A stretch of DNA of 64,000 bases. It comes from a virus (taxonomy: Duplodnaviria; Heunggongvirae; Uroviricota; Caudoviricetes). Below are positions 49,278-59,639 of this stretch, in pieces. The translations under genes and the position numbers were made by a program. The notes under the pieces are model-generated. The model worked only from the letters and a program-made list of their open reading frames with translations. It was not told the origin of the DNA and did not search any database. The stretch's first letter is position 1. The number at the start of each line of letters is the position of its first letter. Location of the stretch: positions 75,683 through 139,682 of IMG/VR virus record IMGVR_UViG_2700989044_000001; one strand, 5' to 3'.

Positions 49278-50291
49278 GTGATTAATGTGAATGTAAATAA
49301 TTCATCTAGTGAAGGCAACCAAATAGCATCGGGACCATCTTCTGGATTCGTTAGATCAACAATGACAAGTAATTCAGCAAATAAGCCTGTTTATGATGGA
49401 AAAGTTGATGAATACGGTAGCGTTAGACTAAGAATTGGTATTGTTGATAACCCTATGATAAAAAGAAATGCTGGTTCTAAAATAGAACCAACTGACCCAT
49501 ACAATATTGTCAATTTAAGAACTGGACATATAACAGTTAGATGGGCAGAGCAAGATGGTGGAGTAGTTAGGTCTTCTTCGTTTGGTTCATATGGAAAAGA
49601 AGGAGAGACTTCTGATAAAGAATCATTGGCTCTTACTCACCCAATGATATGGGCTAATGATAGTAATTGGTGCGGCATGAACTACTTACCGCCTATTGGT
49701 TCAGTTGTAGTAGTAGGTTTTAGAAAACATAATCAACCAATAGTGTTAGGCTATATACAGCCACATTATGAAGTTGTTACTGATATAGAATTAGGGGAAA
49801 TAATGAATAAAGGTTTTGGTAATAATACTTCTCACTGGAAAATGCATGATGAACAAGAACATAAGGCTTGGGTAATGCAAAATGAATCAAGACCTGTAAA
49901 ACATTTAAAAGATCAAGATGGTAGGAAATATGAATGGAAACCCGCTCCTTATACTGTCGGATTAAAACTTAGATTAAAAGCTTGGATTGATCCATTTAAC
50001 CCAGATGATAAAAAAGAAATGGTAGAAATATATGCATATAAAATAAAAGATGGTGTTTTGTTGCATCATAGCTCATTAGAGGTAAGACCTGAAAAAGTGC
50101 ACACGTGGTCCGAAGATCCTATAAATGGAAAAGTTCGTTCAGAACAAGTCATAACTCCAAGCTATGCTAAAATCGGAACATCGAAGACAGACTCTCCATC
50201 TTCATCATCTACTACTTGGTCACCTGGTTCTATAGTATCTGATGCAACAGACTTAATAAAAATGACAGCGGGAGTAATACAATTAAATTAG
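49278..50291 (+). CDS. Baseplate spike-like (gp5/gpV OB-fold) protein
   Basis: NYLPPIGSVVVVGF...PIVLGY; position after hub. Confidence 0.6.
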   Translation: MINVNVNNSSSEGNQIASGPSSGFVRSTMTSNSANKPVYDGKVDEYGSVRLRIGIVDNPMIKRNAGSKIEPTDPYNIVNLRTGHITVRWAEQDGGVVRSSSFGSYGKEGETSDKESLALTHPMIWANDSNWCGMNYLPPIGSVVVVGFRKHNQPIVLGYIQPHYEVVTDIELGEIMNKGFGNNTSHWKMHDEQEHKAWVMQNESRPVKHLKDQDGRKYEWKPAPYTVGLKLRLKAWIDPFNPDDKKEMVEIYAYKIKDGVLLHHSSLEVRPEKVHTWSEDPINGKVRSEQVITPSYAKIGTSKTDSPSSSSTTWSPGSIVSDATDLIKMTAGVIQLN

Positions 50292-50302
50292 AGGTGTAAG
50301 GG

Positions 50303-51208
50303 ATGAGTATAGATGTTCAAATGTTTGTATTATGCGATCACTTAGTTAGTGGCACAGAAATAAATGATCCTATGGAAAAGCCTAAGTTGACTGTTGAATT
50401 TAATGCGCAATCTACTTTAGAACCAGGCACGTATTATGTAGTAAATACATTTATCAATAGACATGCTGATGAAACATGTAGAGGCCCTTTTTCAAAAATA
50501 TATGTTGAAGAAAAACGAAGTTTAAACATAGAGTTGGCGCAATACTTTAATGAAGATTTAATTAGTACAAAAAATGTATATGTTGGTTATACAAAGGAGA
50601 ATTTAACAAATACTCACTTAACTGATATACAAATAAAAAGAGAACAAGAAGTATTGAGTAATTTGAGTTTCCAAGATAATGTTATTAGAGGTATATATAA
50701 AATGACAGAATTAAAAAGAGTTGTCAAATATCCCCCTAGTAAAAATACTACAAAAACAGCAAATTACAATGGTAGGGAAAGTACTTGTCCGAAATGTCTT
50801 GGCAAGGGTTATTATTATGACATTTATTTCGATAAAGCAGGTAAAGCTATTACAGCTACAAAATCTCAAAAATTACTTCAAGAATGTTTGAAAGTTTTAG
50901 TTGATGAAAAATTAGGTAACAAATTCCACCCAAATTGGGGATGCGATATCGAACAAAGAATTGGAACAAAAAACATGGGTTCGTCTATAGAGATGTTAAA
51001 AGTTGAATTATCTGTTAGAGATGCAGTAGAAAGATTAAGAAAGTTACAAATGAATAACCAAATTATGTACGGAAATATGAACGAAGAAGAAATAATAGAT
51101 ACTATTGAATCTATAGATGTAACAAAGGATGGACCTACTGGTTACAATATTGATATTGAAGTTGTTTCTGTTATGGGGGAAGTAATAACTTACAATATTA
51201 GATTATAG
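50303..51208 (+). CDS. gp25-like baseplate wedge protein with CxxC zinc finger
   Basis: CPKCLGKG; KLLQECLKVL...HPNWG..I...IG...VRDAVERL. Confidence 0.7.
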   Translation: MSIDVQMFVLCDHLVSGTEINDPMEKPKLTVEFNAQSTLEPGTYYVVNTFINRHADETCRGPFSKIYVEEKRSLNIELAQYFNEDLISTKNVYVGYTKENLTNTHLTDIQIKREQEVLSNLSFQDNVIRGIYKMTELKRVVKYPPSKNTTKTANYNGRESTCPKCLGKGYYYDIYFDKAGKAITATKSQKLLQECLKVLVDEKLGNKFHPNWGCDIEQRIGTKNMGSSIEMLKVELSVRDAVERLRKLQMNNQIMYGNMNEEEIIDTIESIDVTKDGPTGYNIDIEVVSVMGEVITYNIRL

Positions 51209-51223
51209 GGATGGTGATATAGA

Positions 51224-53083
51224 ATGGAAATGAAAACGTTGAGTGAAATTGCAATAGGGTTAATATCACATATTCATGATGCTTTACCTGAAGTTGATAC
51301 TAAAGAAGGTACATTCGTTAGGGATGTTTTTGTTGACCCAGTATCTACTCATATAGCTGAATTATATCAAGAATTAAAACTATTAGAATTAAGTCAATCT
51401 ATTGTTACAGCTACAGGAGCTGATTTAGACAAATTAGCAAGAAATTTCTTCATTAGAAGAAAAGAAGCTTCATATTCTACTGGTAAAATAAGATTTTACC
51501 TTGGGTTAAATGAACCTAAAGAAGATATTTTCATTCCTCAAGGAAGTGTTGTAGGTTCGCCGGGCGATGCTAATACTGAACCAACGGAATATATGACTTC
51601 TATTTCAGCGAGTGTACTTGCTGGGGATAAGTCTACTTATCATTTGGATGTAGAAAATGGATTATTTTATATTGATGTAGATGCTATTTCGTTAGAACCA
51701 GGTTCACAATACAATGTTGGTTCTCATACTATTACATTACTTGGTGACGTTGTTGAAACTGAAGTAACATCTGTTACGAACCCATTCCCTTTTACAGGCG
51801 GTACTGATGCAGAAGATGATTTAAGTTTACAAATGAGAGTTTCGATGGCTATCACTGGTGTAAATATTGGTACTAAAGACGGTTACATGTCATTCATGAT
51901 GAAACAAAGTGAAGTTCATGACGTTGTAGTTGTAGGTGCTGGTGATCCATTAATGACACGAGATAATGGTGAAGGTGGTATGGTTGATATTTATGTTAGG
52001 GCAGAAGATGCTGAAGAATATAAAGAAACATTCTACGTTAGTGATGAATATACAACAGGAACAATACATGTAAAACCTTATGATAATATTATCCCAAAGA
52101 AACAGCCTATTATAATGATAGATCGGATAATAGGCAGAATTCCAAATAGTTCTTCTGAGACTGGATATGATGAAAGAGTATATATTAATGGTTCTAACTA
52201 CAAAAAAGAAAAAGGTTCAAATAAGTATTATCGAGATATTCTGTGGAATTTTGCAGATGTTCCAGTTGAAGGTTTAACTGATGATGACTTATTAGAAGCA
52301 ACTGCTATTAATGTTTTAAATGTCTTACTTAAAAATATAACTTATTTAAAAGATATTAAGTATGATATTGATTGGCAAATGATAGACCCTTACAATGATA
52401 ATAACAACCAAGATGATCAATATTTTTATAGAGGTTATTACAACGATGGGTTAGTTTATCTAATTACTTCAAGAAATGATGAAAATAATTCATTTATAGG
52501 TGGTAGAAATTTCATATCAAGAGATAAAAAAATATATGAAAGAATATACGTTGAGCCAGACTTTGAAATTGAACGTGATACAACTGAGTATGCGAAAAGT
52601 TATCAAGCAAAAGATTCTATTAAGTGGTTAAGTACAGAAAGACATAGTTTGCCAACTATAGATGAAACCTTGCATATAAGTTATTCTTGGAATAGTGTTA
52701 TTGATTCATTACAACAAAGACTTGAAGAAAAGAAAATATTAACAGCAGATGTTTTAATAAAACAAGCAAATGAAATTCCAATTGAAATCAAAATGAAAGT
52801 TGTACCTGATAGCGGATATAACGCTAACGTAATTAGAAACAATGTTGTTGATAATATTTCTAGTTATATTAATGAAATGAATAAAATGGGTGGAGCTATT
52901 GATAGATCTGACTTGGTTTATTTAGCAAGAGGAACTGAGGGTGTGGAAGCTGTCGATATATCAAATGTACATTTATCAATTTTTGATTCTGCTCCTGTTC
53001 AGAAAATAGAACTTAAAGATGTTGAATATATGAAGCTAGAAAGTATTTATATTGAAGTGTTGAAAGTAGGGACTATTGTTTAA
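51224..53083 (+). CDS. Baseplate J-like wedge protein
   Basis: ATGADLDKLA, FFIRRKEASYSTG, GSQYNVG, VTNPFPFTGGTDAEDD, GTKDGY. Confidence 0.88.
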   Translation: MEMKTLSEIAIGLISHIHDALPEVDTKEGTFVRDVFVDPVSTHIAELYQELKLLELSQSIVTATGADLDKLARNFFIRRKEASYSTGKIRFYLGLNEPKEDIFIPQGSVVGSPGDANTEPTEYMTSISASVLAGDKSTYHLDVENGLFYIDVDAISLEPGSQYNVGSHTITLLGDVVETEVTSVTNPFPFTGGTDAEDDLSLQMRVSMAITGVNIGTKDGYMSFMMKQSEVHDVVVVGAGDPLMTRDNGEGGMVDIYVRAEDAEEYKETFYVSDEYTTGTIHVKPYDNIIPKKQPIIMIDRIIGRIPNSSSETGYDERVYINGSNYKKEKGSNKYYRDILWNFADVPVEGLTDDDLLEATAINVLNVLLKNITYLKDIKYDIDWQMIDPYNDNNNQDDQYFYRGYYNDGLVYLITSRNDENNSFIGGRNFISRDKKIYERIYVEPDFEIERDTTEYAKSYQAKDSIKWLSTERHSLPTIDETLHISYSWNSVIDSLQQRLEEKKILTADVLIKQANEIPIEIKMKVVPDSGYNANVIRNNVVDNISSYINEMNKMGGAIDRSDLVYLARGTEGVEAVDISNVHLSIFDSAPVQKIELKDVEYMKLESIYIEVLKVGTIV

Positions 53084-53107
53084 GGAATCTAAAGGGAGGG
53101 AAGAAAA

Positions 53108-56100
53108 TTGGAGAATTACGAAAAAAAGCAAGCACAAATTGAAAGGATTTTAAGAGAACTAATTGAACTCCTTCCTTCATCTTATAATAGAGAGTCTACC
53201 GATACAAACTATTATAAATTGTTAAGAGCATTAGCACATGAACTAGCTGATTCTAGAGTGAAAATAGAAGAGGTAAAAGAAAATGCTTATTTAGATACTG
53301 TACATCCAAACGCAATTTATAATAATTTTGGTACGTTAGTAAGATTGAAAAAATCTCCAGAATGGGATGATGAAAAATATAGAGGTTTAATTCAAGGGGT
53401 TATTCAATCTTTACTAATGGGACCGACTAAAGAGTCTTTAATAAAAGCATTTAAATTATTTACTAATTTTAATGTTCAAGTATATGAATTATATAAAGAC
53501 GCTGATAAACTAGACCCATCTATTTATGAAGGATATAACCCAAAATACACTTTTCTATTAGAAATAGAAAAGCCTTTAGATACCTACTCAGATACTGCAG
53601 CACTTCAGCGAGATGCAAATTATATCATTGGTATATTAAAACCTGCCCATACTATTGGATTACAGATTACAAACTTAACCGATAGCGAAGATTTTAGATT
53701 TTACTACGGGGTAGATAGGCAAGTTAATAATTTAGCTAAAAATCTAATAAAAGAAAATATAAGTAATAGAGTAAATGAACTTGTATTAGATAATTTAGAG
53801 GAAAGAGCTAAGAAATTTGCTGAAAGTGAAAATATAAGATTAGAAGAAGCTCTGGACACTATATATAAACGAAATTATGGTATGTCTAGAAGCGACTATC
53901 AAAGTTATATATCCTACAGAGCTAGACTATTGTATGAAAACTATTTAAACTGTTTCTCATCAGATAGCAAAAGTTTAAATATAAATGAAGGATTAATTCC
54001 TACGTTGAACTTAAATAATTTTAGTAGATTAGTTTTTGATGTTTTAATGAAAGAACACAATAGCACGTCTAATGCTAAAATGATAAGTAAACTTGAAATA
54101 AAAGGAAATGTAAACTACGAAGCAGATATAAGAATGTTTTCTGGAGAAAACAAAACTTTTTCTTTTATTTTTAATGCTAGCATTGATGCTAAAATCGGTT
54201 ATGCTCTTGAAATAGATGACATCGATAAAACAATTAAACTTTTAAATATAAGAGACAATAAAGTATTAAGCTTTTTAAATTTAACACAAATATTAAAAAG
54301 TGGTACTGCTTTTAACTTAAAAATAAACTATACAAGAAATGAACAAAATTCAAAAAATAAATTAGAAGTTTTCATTGACGATTTAAAGACAATTGATGTA
54401 GAAATACCTGAATTCCAAGAGTGGCATTTCGGTTTCCAAACTGGAAGAGATTTAATAAGAATTTCAAATTTTAAAATTAATGATGTAAGTATTAAAGAAT
54501 TTGAAAACAAATACGACAATACTGATTCTAGGAACTTCTGGTCAATCCCTTTACAAGATAAAACAAAGGTACAATATGGAACTTGGTTTGAACAAGGGGA
54601 GTCTAAATACTTACTTGTTCAAGGTTTAATGGATAGCGCCCACATAAATCAATATATTGAGGGTTTATACTTAGATAGTATTGGTGCATTAACTGAAGAT
54701 GATTTATATGAGAGAATCCAACTTGAAAAAGAAAGATTAAAAGCTATTTACATTAAGCAGGGTAATGATCCATCGCTTATAGAAGAGTACGAATGGGATA
54801 GAAAAGCAACAGAAAGTATTAAGGAAGAACTATTCCGCAACGACATTATAGAGTCGCTTGGCGGTCCAGACAACTTATATAACTATTGTTTAGCGGAAGC
54901 AAGTAAATTTAAAGATGATTACGAAGCAGCATATAGAAGCAATTTTCCGTATTTGGGTATGGACAGAGTTGATGTTGAGGGGGAAAATATTAACGATGAA
55001 CATCGTTATGGATGGAAACACCTATCGCATAAAGGGCAATTAACTACATCCATTGATCTAGACGGCCCTAAAATTGGTGGTGTCAATTTAATTGGACCTA
55101 GATTTACTTTACAGGATGACTATATTTTAAAAGTAGATAGTATTAATTCTGAGAATGTTGATGTTAAGGGCATGAGTAATAAGCCTTATATTATCAATAG
55201 AATGAAAATATTTGATACTACGCATAGTCTTGTAGCTAGTGAAAAAGAAAATTTAGAATCATATTATGTCCGTGGCCCTGGTTACGAAGAAACATATGAT
55301 GTTACAGAAAATGTAATTGAAGAAAATATAAATGAAATAGAATTTGACTTTGCTGACATTTTTGAATTCTCTATTTACAGAAATGCATTTGTGTTGAATG
55401 TAAATGTTTTAAATGGACCTGAAACTTGGGTTGATGAAGAAGCTGTTGATAGAATTGTATTCTTAGATGTAGATTTAGAAGAAGATATTGCATTTATTAA
55501 GAGTTCTTCTAACATAGTTATCAATAAATCACTAATAAACGGGAAAATGGACGTTATAGCTCCAAAAACAAACGGAAGACTAGATGAAGCTTGTATGGAA
55601 ATGGAATTTGGTAGTGATACTTACGAGCTTGATATAAACTCGGATTTATCAGTATTTGAAAATGAGTTTGATGAACACTACTTAATGTATCCATTTAGAG
55701 ATTCATTCATGACAAATAAAGATCGTATTAATCGTAAAAAGATTTATTTGATTTCCCCTGATCACTTAGAAATGGGTACCGAATTTGCTGAAAACATTGA
55801 TTTTACTTCTAATACTAAAATTATAATCAATAATAGTCTAATTGGTTCTAAAGATATGCTTGTTATAGATAAAGAACGTTATGAAACAGACTTAGACGGA
55901 TATAGCGAAACTTATAATAAAGTAAAAGATGAAAACATCATAGAATACGAAGACGAAGAAACATTCTTATTTAGCAAATATAGAAACATGTTCCAATTGA
56001 ACTATGATATGTTAAATGATAAAGAAGTATGGTTAGATGAAGAAGATGTTGATCAATTAAGTACTAGAACAACATTCTATTTAGAAGAAACTTTCGGAGT

Positions 56101-56437
56101 TATTAAAGTTGCTGAACCATTCCATTTAAATATATCAAATACAAATGTTACTAAGATGATTACTAAGTCAAGTATAATTGATAAAGTTACAATGGGGTTG
56201 GATTATGATTTAGAAGAGAAATACGAGATTAATGAAAATTTAAATTCGCAAGAAAATGAATTTGAATTTGAAGACACCTACACATTTAACATGTCTAGTT
56301 TGTTTAGGTTAAACTTAGATCAGTTAAATACACAAGACAAAGGTTTGATGTTAGGTGCTGGAAATACTGCTGAGTTAGTATTAAGTAGAATTGACGATGA
56401 GGGTAATGAGGTTATTTTAGAAACAAGAATTATTTAA
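53108..56437 (+). CDS. Baseplate wedge (gpI-like) protein with ConA-like insert and acidic C-terminal repeats
   Basis: YLDT....YNNFG.LV, YRGLI, LKPAHT; F.LN...LN repeats. Confidence 0.65.
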   Translation: MENYEKKQAQIERILRELIELLPSSYNRESTDTNYYKLLRALAHELADSRVKIEEVKENAYLDTVHPNAIYNNFGTLVRLKKSPEWDDEKYRGLIQGVIQSLLMGPTKESLIKAFKLFTNFNVQVYELYKDADKLDPSIYEGYNPKYTFLLEIEKPLDTYSDTAALQRDANYIIGILKPAHTIGLQITNLTDSEDFRFYYGVDRQVNNLAKNLIKENISNRVNELVLDNLEERAKKFAESENIRLEEALDTIYKRNYGMSRSDYQSYISYRARLLYENYLNCFSSDSKSLNINEGLIPTLNLNNFSRLVFDVLMKEHNSTSNAKMISKLEIKGNVNYEADIRMFSGENKTFSFIFNASIDAKIGYALEIDDIDKTIKLLNIRDNKVLSFLNLTQILKSGTAFNLKINYTRNEQNSKNKLEVFIDDLKTIDVEIPEFQEWHFGFQTGRDLIRISNFKINDVSIKEFENKYDNTDSRNFWSIPLQDKTKVQYGTWFEQGESKYLLVQGLMDSAHINQYIEGLYLDSIGALTEDDLYERIQLEKERLKAIYIKQGNDPSLIEEYEWDRKATESIKEELFRNDIIESLGGPDNLYNYCLAEASKFKDDYEAAYRSNFPYLGMDRVDVEGENINDEHRYGWKHLSHKGQLTTSIDLDGPKIGGVNLIGPRFTLQDDYILKVDSINSENVDVKGMSNKPYIINRMKIFDTTHSLVASEKENLESYYVRGPGYEETYDVTENVIEENINEIEFDFADIFEFSIYRNAFVLNVNVLNGPETWVDEEAVDRIVFLDVDLEEDIAFIKSSSNIVINKSLINGKMDVIAPKTNGRLDEACMEMEFGSDTYELDINSDLSVFENEFDEHYLMYPFRDSFMTNKDRINRKKIYLISPDHLEMGTEFAENIDFTSNTKIIINNSLIGSKDMLVIDKERYETDLDGYSETYNKVKDENIIEYEDEETFLFSKYRNMFQLNYDMLNDKEVWLDEEDVDQLSTRTTFYLEETFGVIKVAEPFHLNISNTNVTKMITKSSIIDKVTMGLDYDLEEKYEINENLNSQENEFEFEDTYTFNMSSLFRLNLDQLNTQDKGLMLGAGNTAELVLSRIDDEGNEVILETRII

Positions 56438-56591
56438 AGTAAAATTAAACGGTACTATTTTGAATGTATCGTTTAATTTTTTATTTATTAGAGAAATAAT
56501 TTTTAGATTACAAGCTATTAAAGATATAGAATCAATGAAATTATTGTGATTTTAAAAATAACTAAACTTACTATAAAGGAGTGTTTGTTGA

Positions 56592-57185
56592 ATGAATAGC
56601 TCTGAAGAATTCAAACAGCCTACTGGTCATATTGGTATTATACTTCATAGAGGTGGAGAATACGATATCGAAACAAATACAGTGCAAGGCGGAGAACTTC
56701 TTGAACAAATAGAATTTAAAAACTTAATCGTTAATACAGCATCTACGCTTATGGCGCAACGATTAGCACCTGGTTATGAACAAAATAAAAACACGGGTAC
56801 ATTTATTGCTGATGGACTTCAATACTTAGCTGTTGGCACTATTGTTGACCCAGATAATCCTGGGAACTTCAACTATATGAGCCCACCTCCAGCAACTGTT
56901 GAGCAAACTAAATTAGAGAAAGAGTTGTTCCGTAAAGAGTTCACAAGCTGGACGTTCTTAGATCCATCAGGTAATAGTACTGGTAACAACCCAACTAATA
57001 TTTTACGTCTTGCGACAACTTTCATGGAGAATGAAGCTGTTGGTCCTTTAGTAGAGATGGGATTATTTGGTGGTAACGCTACTGCTACTGCAGATACTGG
57101 TTATATGTTTAACTACAAAACTTTCGCAGTATGGAATAAACCAAGCGACGCGAGATTAACAGTCACGTGGAAACTTACGTTCTAA
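56592..57185 (+). CDS. Tail fibre base/baseplate-associated protein
   Basis: NLIVN.A, LAVGT, LEKELFRK, EAVGPLVEMGLF, FNYKTF..WNK..D..L.VTWKLTF. Confidence 0.7.
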   Translation: MNSSEEFKQPTGHIGIILHRGGEYDIETNTVQGGELLEQIEFKNLIVNTASTLMAQRLAPGYEQNKNTGTFIADGLQYLAVGTIVDPDNPGNFNYMSPPPATVEQTKLEKELFRKEFTSWTFLDPSGNSTGNNPTNILRLATTFMENEAVGPLVEMGLFGGNATATADTGYMFNYKTFAVWNKPSDARLTVTWKLTF

Positions 57186-57230
57186 TGTTAATTTTATTTG
57201 GTTAATTTAATTATTATTTAATTAGTAGAT

Positions 57231-57265
57231 GGGAAAGTCGGTTAAAAACAACTGACTTTCTTTTT
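57231..57265 (+). repeat. Duplicated terminator-like element, copy 1
   Basis: gggaaagtcggttaaaaacaactgactttcttttt; near copy at 57792-57824. Confidence 0.6.
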
Positions 57266-57323
57266 ATATATACATAGAGGTGGAAAATGAAAGAAAAATG
57301 CAAGATGAAAAGGCGGGAGTAAT

Positions 57324-57530
57324 ATGGATTTTAAAAAAGAGTTAGAGAAATTAAAAACTATAGAAGAAGTTTTTGATCTTGTGGATAGTTTTTTAGAAAA
57401 CGCTAATTATCATGAACTAGTTGGATTTGGGATTAAACTTTGGAAAGATATTTCCCCTAATATATCAGAAGAATATAAGCTTAGTGCAGCTAAACTATTA
57501 GCTTTAAATATTTATAAAATAAATGGATAA
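57324..57530 (+). CDS. Hypothetical protein
   Basis: RBS gggag. Confidence 0.55.
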   Translation: MDFKKELEKLKTIEEVFDLVDSFLENANYHELVGFGIKLWKDISPNISEEYKLSAAKLLALNIYKING

Positions 57531-57750
57531 AGGAGCGAAAACAATGAAAGAGACGTTGTTTTATATAAAAGATTTAAAAACAGAAAAATATGTTAGTTTT
57601 AAGCAAGTAGTAGATGAAAATAATTTTGCTTCTTTTATCCCTTCATTAGTAAGTAGTAAAGAAAAAGCAACAAAATATAAGTATGAAAGTGGAGCAGTGG
57701 GAAATGCTTCATTGTATGTAGATTTTCCTTATAAGATTGTTGAAGAATAA
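57523..57750 (+). CDS. Hypothetical protein
   Basis: Overlaps upstream stop; alternative ATG with RBS aaggag. Confidence 0.55.
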   Translation: MDKGAKTMKETLFYIKDLKTEKYVSFKQVVDENNFASFIPSLVSSKEKATKYKYESGAVGNASLYVDFPYKIVEE

Positions 57751-57791
57751 AAGTTAAAGTAGTTTAATTTAATAATTATTTAGTTACACAG

Positions 57792-57824
57792 AGGGAAGTC
57801 AGTTAAAATAATTGACTTTCTTTT
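57792..57824 (+). repeat. Duplicated terminator-like element, copy 2
   Basis: agggaagtcagttaaaataattgactttctttt. Confidence 0.6.
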
Positions 57825-57871
57825 CTATTATATCATATCAATAAAAAACCAACAAGAAAGGGAAGATATAA

Positions 57872-58600
57872 ATGGAAACGATACTTATTGTTGCTACTGT
57901 TTTTTTCGCAATTATGTATATAGTAAATATGTTTAGAATTTCATATCATAAAAGCGAAGCAGAAAAATTTACAACTTTCAATAGACAAGAAGTAGAAAGA
58001 AACGCTAAATTAGAAAAACAAATAAAAGAACTAAAAGAGGAAAATAAACAATTACACGATCTAAGTGATGGTTTAGCGAAATTAGTAAACTTTAATACTG
58101 AAGTATCTCGAAAATATATTGAAATATTGTCTAAGAATTTAGATGCTAAAGTTGGTAGAACTGGTCATTCTAGAGCAATATTGGATAAATTAAAGAAATA
58201 CAAAGGTAAAGAATATTTTGGAGATTTTACTGTTGACTATGATGGTGCACAAGAAAAATTGATTGATGCTTCTCCAGAAAAAGTGAATTCAAAATTAAAG
58301 TCAAGTTTTTCAAAATCTAGATCAGTTTCTAGTGGTAATTCACGAAGAAACAGTGGAGATGATGGAGGATTCTTTGGGACTATTCAGAATATAGCTGCTT
58401 CTGTGATTGATTCAATTGATTCAAGTAGTGGTTCATCTCATTCGCATTCTTCTAGTAGAAATGATGATAATTGGAGTTATCCAAGTTCTAGTTCAAGTTC
58501 TAGTTCAAGTTCTGATAGTTCAAGTTCTTCAAATTATGATAGTGGTTCATCGTCATCTAGCTACGATAGTGGTAGCAGTGGTGGCGGAGGTTTTGATTAA
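57872..58600 (+). CDS. N-terminal TM, coiled-coil, Ser/Gly-rich tail protein
   Basis: Hydrophobic N-terminus; SSSSSSSSSDSSSSSNYDSGSSSSSYDSGSSGGGGFD tail. Confidence 0.75.
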   Translation: METILIVATVFFAIMYIVNMFRISYHKSEAEKFTTFNRQEVERNAKLEKQIKELKEENKQLHDLSDGLAKLVNFNTEVSRKYIEILSKNLDAKVGRTGHSRAILDKLKKYKGKEYFGDFTVDYDGAQEKLIDASPEKVNSKLKSSFSKSRSVSSGNSRRNSGDDGGFFGTIQNIAASVIDSIDSSSGSSHSHSSSRNDDNWSYPSSSSSSSSSSDSSSSSNYDSGSSSSSYDSGSSGGGGFD

Positions 58601-58710
58601 GAGTGGATAATCCACTCTTTTTTTTGCTTTAAAGAATATTTTTTTACTAGCAAGAGATATATAAACTATAGGAAAAATACATAAATGTAATTAACGAGGA
58701 GTTTTTAAAA

Positions 58711-58983
58711 ATGAAAAAGATGATTAAAAAAGTAAGTTCGAGATTAAAGAAGATGTATGAAAGAATAGCAGTAACTATATTAGATGTTGCAAATGGTTTA
58801 GAGCAGGGTACTGTGATAGATATGAGAAGAGAAGTATCTCCAAATGTAATAGATATGCGTAAGCAAATTTCTCCAAATGTTATTGATATGAGAAAACAAA
58901 TTTCGCCAAATGTTATTGATATGAGGAATGCTGCAAAACCAAATGTTGTGAAGTTTGTTGATATGAGAAATCAATTGACTTAA
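58711..58983 (+). CDS. 90-aa protein with 11-aa tandem repeats (VIDMRKQISPN)
   Basis: Four full and one partial repeat; RBS gaggag. Confidence 0.7.
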   Translation: MKKMIKKVSSRLKKMYERIAVTILDVANGLEQGTVIDMRREVSPNVIDMRKQISPNVIDMRKQISPNVIDMRNAAKPNVVKFVDMRNQLT

Positions 58984-59058
58984 AAATAATAAAAAACCAT
59001 TTTTTTTGTATTTATAAAAGAAATAGTAGATATTTCAAATATAAAAAACAAATGGGAT

Positions 59059-59628
59059 GTGATATGCGTGTTACAAACAGTGAAATTTATTTTTAAAGGC
59101 CTTTATGGCGTAGAAGGTAATTATATATATAAAGTTGATAAATATGGTAGTGAATACATTACTCTTCAAACTGGAAAAGAATATCTTATGGAAGCTTCAA
59201 AATTAGCATATGTACCTAATGAAGCAATTGAAATTATTGAACAAATTCCTCCAGTAGAAAATGGAGCTCAAGGTCCAAAAGGCGATAAAGGTGATAAGGG
59301 TGATAAGGGTACTACTGGGGCACAAGGTCCTAAGGGAGATACGGGAGCCCAAGGAATTCAAGGACCTAAAGGGGATACTGGTTCTCAAGGGCTTAAAGGC
59401 GACCCAGGGGCTCAGGGTATTCAAGGTGTTAAGGGAGATAAAGGCGATCAAGGAACTGCTGGAGCGAAAGGAGATAAGGGTGACCCAGGTGTACCAATGC
59501 TAGCTGGTGCTACTGGTGCTAGACCATCTTCTCCAGCTAAAGGACAAATGTTTTATGATGAGACATTAGCAAAACCAATTGTCTATACTGGTAGTCAATG
59601 GGTAGATTTCTCTGGAGCAACAGTTTAA
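59059..59628 (+). CDS. Collagen-like (Gly-X-Y) protein
   Basis: Uninterrupted GXY run of roughly 25 triplets; C-terminal RPSSPAKGQMFYDETL.KPI.YTG..WVD motif. Confidence 0.85.
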   Translation: MICVLQTVKFIFKGLYGVEGNYIYKVDKYGSEYITLQTGKEYLMEASKLAYVPNEAIEIIEQIPPVENGAQGPKGDKGDKGDKGTTGAQGPKGDTGAQGIQGPKGDTGSQGLKGDPGAQGIQGVKGDKGDQGTAGAKGDKGDPGVPMLAGATGARPSSPAKGQMFYDETLAKPIVYTGSQWVDFSGATV

Positions 59629-59639
59629 ATATTAATCAG

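Noticed and set aside
31960-57185. Tailocin, eCIS or T6SS in a bacterial chromosome
   Set aside because: Neck/adaptor genes, a 2893-aa tape measure, phage-type tdk/phoH/Rnl2/RNase H and the absence of housekeeping operons indicate a jumbo phage; capsid and terminase presumably lie outside the window
58772-58975. CRISPR array (33-bp periodicity)
   Set aside because: Units are contiguous with no unique spacers, vary at synonymous positions and encode a peptide repeat
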